The position numbers and the translations under genes are program-made. The notes beneath the pieces are model-generated. The model ran no database searches. It saw only the letters and a list, made by a program, of their open reading frames with translations, and was not told where the DNA came from. Shown here piece by piece: positions 53,609 through 64,000 of a stretch of 64,000 nucleotides of DNA (its first letter is position 1; every line of letters starts with the position of its first letter). The stretch is from Verrucomicrobiota bacterium (GTDB lineage: Bacteria; Verrucomicrobiota; Verrucomicrobiia; Limisphaerales; SIBE01), in assembly GCA_016871535.1 (NCBI GenBank), contig VHCZ01000002.1, positions 6,180-70,179 on the forward strand, given 5' to 3'.

Positions 53609-54769
53609 ATGCCGATCCGGATTCTTTACGTCCACCATAACGCCGACGCCTACGGCGCGAGCCGCTCGCTGCTTCGCCTGCTCGCTCAGTTGCCGCGGGA
53701 CCAATTTCAACCTCTGGTTCTCCTCGCCGAAGACGGGCCGTTGCGCTCCAAGCTCGAAGCCCTGAACATCGAAGTGGTCCTGGGCCCTGTGAGCGTCATC
53801 ACACGACCGGTGTTTCATTCGTGGCGCGTCATTCCTTTCCTCGCCGGACTGCCACTCTCGGTTCTGTTCATCTGGCGGCTGATCCGAGCGAAGCGAATCG
53901 ACCTCGTGCACACGAACACCGGCGTCATCCTCACTTCTGGTCTGGCCGCGAAACTGGCCGGTGTTCCCCATGTCTGGCATATCCGCGACTGGTTTCAGGA
54001 GTTCAGAAGCGTTTGGTGGCTTTATTCTCGCTACATCACGGGCGCATCCAGCCGGGTTCTGGCCGTTTCGCGCGCTGTCGCCGAGCAATTCCAGGCCAGC
54101 CCCAAAGTCGAGGTGATCCACAACGGCTTTTCTCTGGAAGAATTCGCTGTGCCCAAGGCCAAGCTGGCGCGAGCTTTCCGAGACCAATTCAATCTGGGCA
54201 ACGAATTCGTCGTCGGCTGCGTGGGCCGCATCAAATGGGTCCGCAAAGGCCAGGAGATTCTCGTGCAAGCGGCAGCTCTTCTGGAAGCGAAGGGCCTTCG
54301 CGCCAAATATGTACTCGTCGGAGCGCCCTTCCCGGGCAATGAAGACCATCTCCATCGATTGCGCGGGTTGATTCAGGAGTTGAAACTGGAGTCGTCCGTC
54401 GTGCTGACCGGCGAGTTGGAGGATACCCGCCTCGCCTATGCGGCGATGGATGTGTTCGTCCTGCCGTCCGCGCAACCTGAACCCTTCGGTGGCGTGGTCA
54501 TGGAAGCGATGTCCATGGGCGTCCCGGTGATTGCCACCGCGATCGGCGGCTCCCTCGATCAGGTCGCAGACGGAGTCACCGGATTCCTCATCCCGCCGTC
54601 CGATCCGCAAGCGTTGGCCGAGAAGATCGAGTTGCTCATCCGCGACCCTGCCTTGCGTTCGCGCATGGCCCAGGCTGGTCCGGAACGAATCGGCCAGACT
54701 TTTTCATTGGAGGGCATGGTCCAGCGGCTCGAACGGCTTTACAGGGAAATCCTCCCTGCGCTCAGGTAG
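53609..54769 (+). CDS. glycosyltransferase family 4 (GT-B)
   Basis: MPIRILYVHHNADAYGASRSLLRL...DVFVLPSAQPEPFGGVVMEAMSMGVPVIATAIGG has the E-x7-E type motif. Confidence 0.9.
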   Translation: MPIRILYVHHNADAYGASRSLLRLLAQLPRDQFQPLVLLAEDGPLRSKLEALNIEVVLGPVSVITRPVFHSWRVIPFLAGLPLSVLFIWRLIRAKRIDLVHTNTGVILTSGLAAKLAGVPHVWHIRDWFQEFRSVWWLYSRYITGASSRVLAVSRAVAEQFQASPKVEVIHNGFSLEEFAVPKAKLARAFRDQFNLGNEFVVGCVGRIKWVRKGQEILVQAAALLEAKGLRAKYVLVGAPFPGNEDHLHRLRGLIQELKLESSVVLTGELEDTRLAYAAMDVFVLPSAQPEPFGGVVMEAMSMGVPVIATAIGGSLDQVADGVTGFLIPPSDPQALAEKIELLIRDPALRSRMAQAGPERIGQTFSLEGMVQRLERLYREILPALR

Positions 54770-55106
54770 TTAGTTTGAGCTTGTGGTTGGCCTCATCTCA
54801 CGGCTGTCCTTGCGAACTGAGGATGAATGGGCCGGCCAGGGTTACGGCGGTCTGCAGATTATGGGCCTTCCGCAGCTTCACCAGCCAATCGCGCTGCACG
54901 TCAGCCAGGGCTTGCGGCGCGTTGCGTGGTAACGCTCGTAGAAATCGGCCATGATTCTCGCTGTGCCGCGCTTATACTCAAACGGTCTGTGGAGGTATTC
55001 GCTGAAGGGGTGGTCGTTCTTTCAACCAACCCCGAGATCTTTGCTTTGACCAATCCAAAAACTTTTTGACAAAACCGCGTTCTTCGTGTTTCTTCCCCGC
55101 GCCAGA

Positions 55107-55217
55107 ATGAACAAAGCAATGTCCAACCAGTGCCTGGGCCAATCCTGCGCGACGGCGATGCCGATTGCCTGGAAGCGCGGGCACGTCGTCCCCGGCAACG
55201 TGGGGGGAGGATTCTGA
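55107..55217 (+). CDS. 36-codon small ORF (possible leader peptide); speculative
   Basis: ATG..TGA encodes MNKAMSNQCLGQSCATAMPIAWKRGHVVPGNVGGGF. It overlaps two segments complementary or similar to the downstream terminator arms. No clear SD. Confidence 0.25.
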   Translation: MNKAMSNQCLGQSCATAMPIAWKRGHVVPGNVGGGF

Positions 55218-55241
55218 CCAGATAACCAGAACTTTCACCAA

Positions 55242-55278
55242 CCCACGATTGCCAGGCAATCGTGGGTTTTTTGTTTTT
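55242..55278 (+). terminator. rho-independent terminator (possible attenuator)
   Basis: CCCACGATTG-CCAGG-CAATCGTGGG (10-bp stem) followed by TTTTTTGTTTTT. It lies 29 nt upstream of the ATG at 55307. Confidence 0.8.
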
Positions 55279-55306
55279 GGAACCCGTCTAACTAACTCGT
55301 GAATTT

Positions 55307-55684
55307 ATGAAAACAACGCAGAGAAACACGGACCGCCAGCAACAGTTATCCGCCCGGTTCGCGCCGGAGGTGGAGTTTGAACTCTCACCCGTGCCCGGCG
55401 CGGTGCCTCCGGAAACCGTCCGGATCAAGTTCGACGAACTCCAGAGCCGCCTGGTGGAGGCCACGCTGGGCGAGTCGAACAGCCGGTTTATCCGCGGCCG
55501 AATTGATCAAGCCGCCCGCGAAGCCGCGGCGCTGGCCTGGACGACTCCCTACCCGTTGCTGGTCTTGCCGGAGCTATTTCTCGAAAAAGCGCGTGAGGCC
55601 GGCCAGCGGTTGGACAAGCAACGCCGCGTGCTCCAGCGAAGCGAGCGGTTGGTTGAAGCGATCCACAACTGGGATGCAGGCTAA
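55307..55684 (+). CDS. hypothetical protein (125 aa)
   Basis: Ungapped ORF with ATG start just after the terminator/attenuator. No recognisable motif. The TAA stop abuts element copy B. Confidence 0.5.
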   Translation: MKTTQRNTDRQQQLSARFAPEVEFELSPVPGAVPPETVRIKFDELQSRLVEATLGESNSRFIRGRIDQAAREAAALAWTTPYPLLVLPELFLEKAREAGQRLDKQRRVLQRSERLVEAIHNWDAG

Positions 55685-55958
55685 GTGGTCCATTTCATAA
55701 ATACGCTCACGTTCGCGGCAAGGGATTTTTCGGCCAGACGAGGCGCGAGCGACGAGCATATCCCGAAGTGGATCTGTAAGGAGCAAGCAACGAAGTCTGG
55801 CGAAAAAGAACTGCCGCCCTTCGGGTTGCGCCCAATTTTGCCTGGGGCTGCGTTGCTCCTCGGTCACAGCCCCACTGGCGGGGGATGCTCGCTCGTCGCG
55901 CCTTGCCCCAGGCCAAATTGGGCGCAACGAACGTGAGCGTATTTACGAAACGGACCAC
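55685..55958. repeat. ~270-nt multi-helix palindromic interspersed element, copy B
   Basis: Arms GTGGTCCATTTCATAAATACGCTCACGTTCG / CGAACGTGAGCGTATTTACGAAACGGACCAC. The interior is largely collinear with copy A (many shared blocks). It overlaps the last codons of the MetE-like gene. Confidence 0.85.
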
Positions 55959-56989
55959 TCTTCTTGTGCGTAGGCGGGCAAGCCGAGATACCGGTTTCGG
56001 CCCGCGACGAGAGCCCGCATCTTCCGGTCCGCGACGCTGCGTTTCAACATCCAGAAGCCGCAGTCCGGGTGCACGTACCGGACGCGGCCTTCCCCAAGAA
56101 TCTTCTCCGCTGTTTCAATCCGGCGCGCCACGGTATCCGCGCTCTCCACCACGGTGGATTTGATGTCGATGACGCCAAGCCCAATCCCAATCCGGGGATC
56201 CAGCTCTCGCAACGATTCAATCTCTTGGGGTTCGCGCCGCGCCATTTCGAGGACGACGTGATCGACGCGAAGCTGGTTCATGAATTGAATCAAGCGCTTC
56301 CAACTTCCCTGCTGGATCGTTTGGCCGCCGTAGTTACCGAAACACAGGTGCAACGCTTTCTCTCCGCGAATCGAATCGAACACGTGATTCAACGCCGGGA
56401 CGGCCCAGGCAGCGTCTTCAGGCGAACCGGTGATGTTCGCTTCATCCAGTTGAATCACGCCGGCGTCGATCTGAGCAATCTGCGCGGCTAGCACGCGCGC
56501 CAGCGCCAGGGCGAGTTCACCTGGACTCTTGAAATGCCGGTCCAACAAAGTCTTGCTCAGCATGTGCGGTCCCGTGACGGTGAATTTCATGCGCCGTCGC
56601 GTGAGCGCGCGCGCGCGCTGGAAATCGCTGACCAGGTCGAGCGGGCCGGGCGCGATCGGTCCTTCAACCACCGCGGCGGGCCGGCTTCGGAATTTCATCG
56701 CCGCGATTTTGGAAAACGCTTCGATGTCCTCCCGGCCAATCTGCGACCGAACGCCGCCCAGCGGACGCACAAAATACTCGATCATCCCGTTCGTGTCCGG
56801 ATGATTGATGTCGAAGCGATAAAGCTCGCCATCGGCCACCACGTCAATTCCCGCCAGTTCCTGGATCTTGAACACGACCGAAGTCGCATCAACGAGCGCC
56901 TGCTGGCTGGGAAGAGCGGCGAGCCAATCGGGGACCGGATAACTCCCGACGACCGTCGTCAGGATGCGAGGAGGAGCGCAGGCATTCAT
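55943..56989 (-). CDS. cobalamin-independent methionine synthase (MetE C-terminal domain)-like methyltransferase
   Basis: TTVVGSYPVPDWL...LHLCFGNYGGQ...YVHPDCGFWML are Zn-ligand-type motifs of the MetE/UROD-like family. Confidence 0.85.
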   Translation of the reverse strand: MNACAPPRILTTVVGSYPVPDWLAALPSQQALVDATSVVFKIQELAGIDVVADGELYRFDINHPDTNGMIEYFVRPLGGVRSQIGREDIEAFSKIAAMKFRSRPAAVVEGPIAPGPLDLVSDFQRARALTRRRMKFTVTGPHMLSKTLLDRHFKSPGELALALARVLAAQIAQIDAGVIQLDEANITGSPEDAAWAVPALNHVFDSIRGEKALHLCFGNYGGQTIQQGSWKRLIQFMNQLRVDHVVLEMARREPQEIESLRELDPRIGIGLGVIDIKSTVVESADTVARRIETAEKILGEGRVRYVHPDCGFWMLKRSVADRKMRALVAGRNRYLGLPAYAQEEWSVS

Positions 56990-57110
56990 CGGAACCTCCC
57001 ATAGACCGGATCTCGGTACGCACGCGCACAGCCCTTTTGAGAATTCCCCTCTCCTGTCCTACGGACATCCTCTCCCCATCGGATGGGAAGAGGGACGGGT
57101 GACGGCGGTC

Positions 57111-57253
57111 GGTTCATGGGAAGCTCCCTCGGTTTCAAAACCTCGAACTCGGCCCATGAACCGGTCGCCGGTAGGGCGAGTCCGTCCCGGCGAGCCGCTC
57201 CACGCGCTTGGAACACGTCCGACTCCGCTCGCTGCGGACAGGCTCGCCCTACC
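57111..57253. repeat. hairpin repeat family 'GGTAGGGCGAG...CTCGCCCTACC', copy 2 (inside a composite repeat cluster about 57030-57330)
   Basis: GGTTCATGGG...CCCATGAACC hairpin, then GGTAGGGCGAGTCCGTCCCGGCGAGCCGCTC...GGAACACGTCCGACTCCGCT..GGACAGGCTCGCCCTACC. Another GGTTCATGGG at 57258. Confidence 0.7.
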
Positions 57254-57377
57254 GTCAGGTTCATGGGATGGGATAAGATGAGGGGAACGAACACGCCGCG
57301 CCGCCCGTCGCAATGGAATCTTGGCAACACGCGATACAGATACGCAACTCTGCCCCCAACCCGACGGCCGGGGGGCG

Positions 57378-57790
57378 TTACGATTTGCGATGGCGGCGCT
57401 TGACTTCGAGCTGCGTGAGCGAGTGGGCCAAGGAGGCTGTCACCGACGCCATTTCTTCTTCGGTGAGTTTTTCTTGCTGACGAGCCTCAGCGCGCTTTCG
57501 GGCTTCCTCGGCTTTGGCTTCATCGATGTTGTCCGAGTCGATGGCCATGTCCGTCAAGATCGCGACGCGTCCGCCCGTGATCTCCGCGAAGCCATCTCCG
57601 ACCGCGAAGAAATGCGGTTGGCCGTCTTTGAGCGCGCACAACTCGCCGGCGACAATCTGCGTCATCAGCGGCTCGTGCAAGGGATAGATGCCCATCTCGC
57701 CTTCCGTGCCGGGCAGCGTGACCATCTCGACGTCCTCCGAGTATGTCTTTGCCTCGGGCGTCACAATTTCGAGTCTGAGGGTATTGGCCA

Positions 57791-57791
<1 letters not shown>
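57378..57791 (-). CDS. atpC: F0F1 ATP synthase subunit epsilon
   Basis: LRLEIVTPEAKTYSEDVEMVTLPGTEGEMGIYPLHEPLMTQI. Follows atpD with a 1-nt overlap. Confidence 0.9.
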
Positions 57792-60092
<2,301 letters not shown>

Positions 60093-60095
60093 GAG

Positions 60096-61628
60096 CTATT
60101 TGTAAGTGGACTTGAATTCAGTCACCGCGGCTTTCACTTCCGCAGTTAAGGCATCGTTCAGCGCCTTTTCCTTGAGAATCTTCGCCAGCAAGTCGGGTTT
60201 GCGGTTCACCAGGTAGTCCGTCAGTTTCGTCTGGCAATCTTTCACCTTCTCGACCGGCACATTATCGATGTGGCCATTTTGCGCGGCCCAGAGAATCACC
60301 ACTTGGATCTCGACCGGCACGGGCTTGTACTGGGGCTGCTTGAAGATTTCGACGATCCGTTTGCCGCGCTCAAGTTTCGCCTGGGTCTGGGCGTCCAGAT
60401 CGGAACCGAACTGGGCGAAGGCCGCCAGTTCGCGGAATTGAGCCAGCTCCAGCTTCACGCGGCCCGCCACTTGTTTCATGGCTTTGACCTGAGCGGCCGA
60501 GCCGACGCGCGAAACTGACAAACCGACGGAAATCGCAGGCCGAATGCCCTGATAGAACAAGTCCGTTTCCAGGTAGATCTGGCCGTCCGTGATGGAAATC
60601 ACGTTTGTGGGGATGTAAGCGGAAACGTCGCCCAGTTGCGTCTCAATGATCGGCAGAGCGGTGAGCGAACCGTTGCCGTACTTTTCGCTCAACCGGGCCG
60701 CGCGTTCGAGCAACCGGCTGTGCAAGTAGAAGACGTCGCCGGGATACGCCTCGCGTCCGGAAGGACGCTTCAGCACCAGCGACACCTGGCGATACGCGGT
60801 CGCGTGCTTGGACAGATCGTCATAGATGATCAGCGCGTCCATGCCGTTGTCCATGAACCATTCGCCCATGGCCGCGCCGGCGAAGGGCGCGAGGTACTGG
60901 TTGGTCGCGGAATCCGAAGCGGAAGCCACGACGACGATGGCATAATCCATCGCGCCTTCCTGTTCGAGCACGCTGATGACGCGAGCAATATTCGACTGCT
61001 TCTGTCCCACCGCGACGTAAATCGAGTAGAGCGGGCGATAATCCTTGTCGCCCTTTTCCTGGGCCGCTTTGTTCAGCCGGGCGTTGTTGATCATCGTATC
61101 CACGCAGATGGTGGTTTTGCCCGTCGAACGGTCGCCGATGATAAGTTCGCGCTGCCCGCGGCCCACGGGAATCATGGCGTCGATCGGCATGATGCCTGTC
61201 TGCACCGGCTGGCTCACGGAACGCCGCCGGATGATGCCGGGGGCAATTTTTTCGACCGGGTAAGACGTCTCGTTCTTGACCGGCCCTTTGCCATCGACCG
61301 GCTGGCCCAGCGAATTGACGACGCGGCCGAGCAGCCCTTTGCCCACGGGCACTTGCAGCAGCTTTCCGGTAGTCCGCACTTCCTGGCCTTCCTTGACCTC
61401 GGTGTATTCGCCGAGAATGATCGCGCCGACTTCCGTCTCTTCGAGGTTCAGCGCGATGCCGGTCACGCCGTGCCCGAAGTCGAGCATCTCGTTCAGCATC
61501 GCGCCGGTCAGCCCTTCGATTTTGGCGACGCCGTCGCCGATTTCGCGGACGACGCCGACGTTTTGTTTGCCCACGGCCGTTTTGATTCCGGAGATCTGAC
61601 TCTCAATTTCCTGCAGTAACGTGCTCAT
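60096..61628 (-). CDS. atpA: F0F1 ATP synthase subunit alpha
   Basis: [19 protein letters not shown]...[33 protein letters not shown]. Confidence 0.95.
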   Translation of the reverse strand: MSTLLQEIESQISGIKTAVGKQNVGVVREIGDGVAKIEGLTGAMLNEMLDFGHGVTGIALNLEETEVGAIILGEYTEVKEGQEVRTTGKLLQVPVGKGLLGRVVNSLGQPVDGKGPVKNETSYPVEKIAPGIIRRRSVSQPVQTGIMPIDAMIPVGRGQRELIIGDRSTGKTTICVDTMINNARLNKAAQEKGDKDYRPLYSIYVAVGQKQSNIARVISVLEQEGAMDYAIVVVASASDSATNQYLAPFAGAAMGEWFMDNGMDALIIYDDLSKHATAYRQVSLVLKRPSGREAYPGDVFYLHSRLLERAARLSEKYGNGSLTALPIIETQLGDVSAYIPTNVISITDGQIYLETDLFYQGIRPAISVGLSVSRVGSAAQVKAMKQVAGRVKLELAQFRELAAFAQFGSDLDAQTQAKLERGKRIVEIFKQPQYKPVPVEIQVVILWAAQNGHIDNVPVEKVKDCQTKLTDYLVNRKPDLLAKILKEKALNDALTAEVKAAVTEFKSTYK

Positions 61629-61719
61629 AAACGCTTAAATTCCGCTCGAATTGATCAATGGTTTGCTGTGCCGGTGTAACGGGGTGTCGGAGTGTCGGAG
61701 TTACGATGCCATGTTGCAA

Positions 61720-61755
61720 CATTTTAACGATTTAACCTTTTAACTCATTTAACCC
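61720..61755 (-). repeat. 9-bp periodic GTTAAAT array, locus 4 (atpH-atpA spacer)
   Basis: Plus strand reads CATTTTAAC GATTTAACC TTTTAACTC ATTTAACCC, 13 nt after the atpH stop in transcript sense. An adjacent GTGTCGGA x2 sits at 61684-61699. Confidence 0.6.
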
Positions 61756-61768
61756 ACTCAGCATTGGC

Positions 61769-62161
61769 TCAAAGCCCTTCGGTCAACCCCGCCAACCGCG
61801 CCTGAACACTTCCGTCATACACGTCGCTCCCAACCTGAACGCGCATGCCGCCGATCAGCGCCGGACGTTCCGAAAAACTGATGCTCAGCCCGGCGCCGTA
61901 AATCCGATTCAGATTCGCCCGAACGCTTGCCTGCAAGGATTCCGGCAAAGCGACTGCGCTTTCCACTCGAGCCGTGCGCCGCGCCACGTCGAGCTTCACC
62001 AACCGCTGGAAGTGCGAGAGGATGTTGAAGTAGCCGCGGGGCTTGCGCTGGATCACTTGCTGCACGGCCTGCTGCACCTTGGTCTCGTCGAGCAACCCGT
62101 TCGTCAGGCAGCTTCGGAACAGCTCTTTGGCATCGCGGCGCGCTTGTTTTGAAATCTTCAT
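61769..62161 (-). CDS. atpH: F0F1 ATP synthase subunit delta (short, 130 aa)
   Basis: C-terminal OSCP-like text ...ALIGGMRVQVGSDVYDGSVQARLAGL. Positioned between atpF and atpA. Confidence 0.8.
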   Translation of the reverse strand: MKISKQARRDAKELFRSCLTNGLLDETKVQQAVQQVIQRKPRGYFNILSHFQRLVKLDVARRTARVESAVALPESLQASVRANLNRIYGAGLSISFSERPALIGGMRVQVGSDVYDGSVQARLAGLTEGL

Positions 62162-62196
62162 GCCTCGCTTCGCTCAAACGCTGCTGGTTTCGAGAA

Positions 62197-62344
62197 GGGG
62201 AGCGCACGCGCCTCGCGTGCAGTGGCCGGCGCCCTCGCCGTCCACACCTCTACGATAGAGAAGCTCGTCATTGCTGAACTCCCGACGCGGCCATTTCGGC
62301 CGGCGAGGCGCCGGTCGATACACGCGCGGGCGCGTGTGTTCCCC
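62197..62344. repeat. 150-nt palindromic repeat family 'GGGGAGCGCACGCGCC...', copy 2 (atpF-atpH spacer)
   Basis: GGGGAGCGCACGCGCCTCGCGTGCAGTGGCCGGCGCCCTCGCCG...GGCCGGCGAGGCGCCGGTCGATACACGCGCGGGCGCGTGTGTTCCCC. Same orientation and same conserved flank (GATT.TGAGTGCAT) as copy 1. Confidence 0.8.
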
Positions 62345-62388
62345 GATTCTGAGTGCATTCTCACGATTTACTTTGAAATATCAAATCT

Positions 62389-62919
62389 TCACGCCGCCAA
62401 TTGTCGGTTCGTTTCCTCCGCCAGGCGCCGTTGATCGTCCACGGTCAGAATCTTGCCGGTGACCTTGGCTGTCGTTTCCGCGACCAGACGGATCATCTCG
62501 CGGCGAAGCTCCGCTTTCATGCGAGCCAGTTCCGCTTCGCTCGATTCTTTGGCCTTGGCCAGGATCTGATTCACCTGGGCGATGGTTTCCTGATTCTTTT
62601 GCTCGCGGAGCCGTTCGGCGGCGGCGCGCGCCTCTTCAATCAGGCGATTGGCCTGAAGGTTGGCCTGGTTCAAGACCTCCTGGCGCGCGGCCTCGGTCTT
62701 GGCCAGTTCGGCTCTGATTTTCTCCGCATTGGCCAATCCTTCCGCGATGCGTTGCCGGCGTTCTTCGAGCACTTGCAGAATGGGTTTGTACGCGAATCGG
62801 TGCAGCAGAAACGCGACAATCCCAAAACTGATCACCTGGGAAATGAAGTGCGGCCAATCCACGCCGAATTGCTTGGCCGTGTCAGCGATGATGCCCGCCG
62901 CGAAAAAGTAAGGATCCAT
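62389..62919 (-). CDS. atpF: F0F1 ATP synthase subunit B
   Basis: N-terminal TM helix FISQVISFGIVAFLL, then a long charged helix (EERRQRIAEGLANAEKIRAELAK...). Confidence 0.9.
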   Translation of the reverse strand: MDPYFFAAGIIADTAKQFGVDWPHFISQVISFGIVAFLLHRFAYKPILQVLEERRQRIAEGLANAEKIRAELAKTEAARQEVLNQANLQANRLIEEARAAAERLREQKNQETIAQVNQILAKAKESSEAELARMKAELRREMIRLVAETTAKVTGKILTVDDQRRLAEETNRQLAA

Positions 62920-62982
62920 AAAACGATTTTCAAAGGCGGGCGCGAAACGGGAAGTTCCGCGCCCGCACTGTTGATCCAGTGG

Positions 62983-63234
<252 letters not shown>

Positions 63235-63329
63235 TCAGCGGCCTCCGCGATTGGTCACGGTCCGGCCGCCGAAATTGTTTGGTTTCTTGTGCAACGCTTT
63301 GCCCGCAATCGATTCTGTCCTGCCTCAAC

Positions 63330-64000
63330 CTAGTGATGGCCCTCTTCGTGGCCTTCCTCGTGTGTGCAAATCAAAAGCGTGAACACGGACGTCAGCAGCA
63401 TGAACACCAGCGCCTGCACGAGGCCCACGAGAACTTCCAAAAAGTAAAAAGGAATCGGGATCACCACGCTCGCCAGATGCTTGAGCCAGGCCGGTTCCTG
63501 AATCAGCGCCGCCATGGCCTCCAGCATATTCTCCCCCGCGAAGATGTTTCCGTAGAGACGAAAGCTGAGCGACACCGGCCGAAACAAGATGGAGACGACC
63601 TCCAGCACACCGACCGCGATGAACACCAGGATCATGAGCACTTTCAAGGCACCGGTCGTGTCGCCTTTCGGCCCGAACAGGTGGAGGATGAACCCGCCCG
63701 GCCCATTCACCTGGAGCGCCCAGATCGTCCAGCACACGAAGAACACCATCGCCATGGCCAGGGTCATGTTCAAATCCGCATTGGCGCCCCGCAAAAGCGG
63801 CTCTTGCACGCGAAACCCGCCTTCCTTCGGCGTTCCCCAACCAATCGTGCCGACACCAGGAATCAGACTGAGCCAATTACAGAAAAGGATGAAAATGAAG
63901 ATGCTGGCGAAAAACCAGAATGTTCGCTTCACCAAATCCGAGCCGATAATGCCTTCGAGGAATTCGTGAAGGCTTTCAACCAGCCACTCCCAAAAATTCT
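63330..64000 (-). CDS. atpB: F0F1 ATP synthase subunit A (5' end beyond window)
   Basis: LFCNWLSLIPG...FRPVSLSFRLYGNIFAGE (conserved Arg motif). The frame stays open upstream of the TTG at 63935 to the window edge (...NFWEWLVESLHEFLEGIIGSDL). Confidence 0.9.
   Translation of the reverse strand, partial: NFWEWLVESLHEFLEGIIGSDLVKRTFWFFASIFIFILFCNWLSLIPGVGTIGWGTPKEGGFRVQEPLLRGANADLNMTLAMAMVFFVCWTIWALQVNGPGGFILHLFGPKGDTTGALKVLMILVFIAVGVLEVVSILFRPVSLSFRLYGNIFAGENMLEAMAALIQEPAWLKHLASVVIPIPFYFLEVLVGLVQALVFMLLTSVFTLLICTHEEGHEEGHH

Noticed and set aside
54800-55100. Possible small minus-strand gene or remnant (..KNDHPFSEYLHRPFEYKRGTARIMADFYERYHATRRKPW.. and, in another frame, ..ALADVQRDWLVKLRKAHNLQTAVTLAGPF..)
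   Set aside because: The fragments are split over two frames, lack a start codon and carry no recognisable family signature. This may be a decayed gene, but it cannot be supported from the sequence alone.
57340-57377. GC-rich hairpin (GCCCCCCGGCCGTCGGGTTGGGGGC in transcript sense) after atpC as a rho-independent terminator
   Set aside because: No U-tract follows. The region merges into the composite repeat cluster, so the termination function is unproven.

Overview
GC-rich chromosomal segment whose gene content points to Verrucomicrobiota (PVC superphylum). The markers are a PSCyt/DUF1549/DUF1553 + DUF1501 pair, an H-X9-D(G/A) prepilin-type protein, PEP-CTERM/exosortase genes and an Amuc_1100-type PilM-secretin cluster.

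Content in order:
- TolC-like gene end, ACT protein, Tat-signal oxidoreductase, orphan pseudopilin
- modABC
- Rrf2 regulator + NitT/TauT-type ABC transporter
- LOG enzyme
- Phd/VapC toxin-antitoxin pair
- 948-aa membrane-anchored pentaheme cytochrome c with TPR domain
- a partly decayed two-component cluster followed by a GH9/FG-GAP pseudogene mosaic
- rnc
- enolase-superfamily dehydratase translationally coupled to the DUF1501/DUF1553 pair
- O-methyltransferase, PEP-CTERM protein, ClpX paralog, coaE
- a ~17-kb minus-strand operon (PilM/N fusion, Amuc_1100-like, PilP-position protein, glycine-rich secretin, three giant secreted proteins and a 1275-aa S8 protease)
- an exosortase/EpsI/EPS locus
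- MetE-like gene
- the F1Fo ATP synthase operon, cut by the window end

No rRNA, tRNA, CRISPR array, transposase or integrase was recognised.

The most unusual signals:
1. A three-copy ~270-nt multi-helix element whose helices differ in sequence between copies but stay paired through compensatory changes.
2. The secretin operon, which has no ATPase, platform or pilin gene but encodes FG-like glycine tracts in the secretin and a shared C-terminal (F/Y)YR(V/A) domain in three downstream giant proteins.
3. Several other intergenic repeat families: a 150-nt palindrome inside operons, oriented 9-mer GTTAAAT arrays just after stop codons, and heptamer arrays abutting a start codon.
4. A candidate leader-peptide attenuator.

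All calls come from reading the ORF translations and the nucleotide text. No database search or computation was run.
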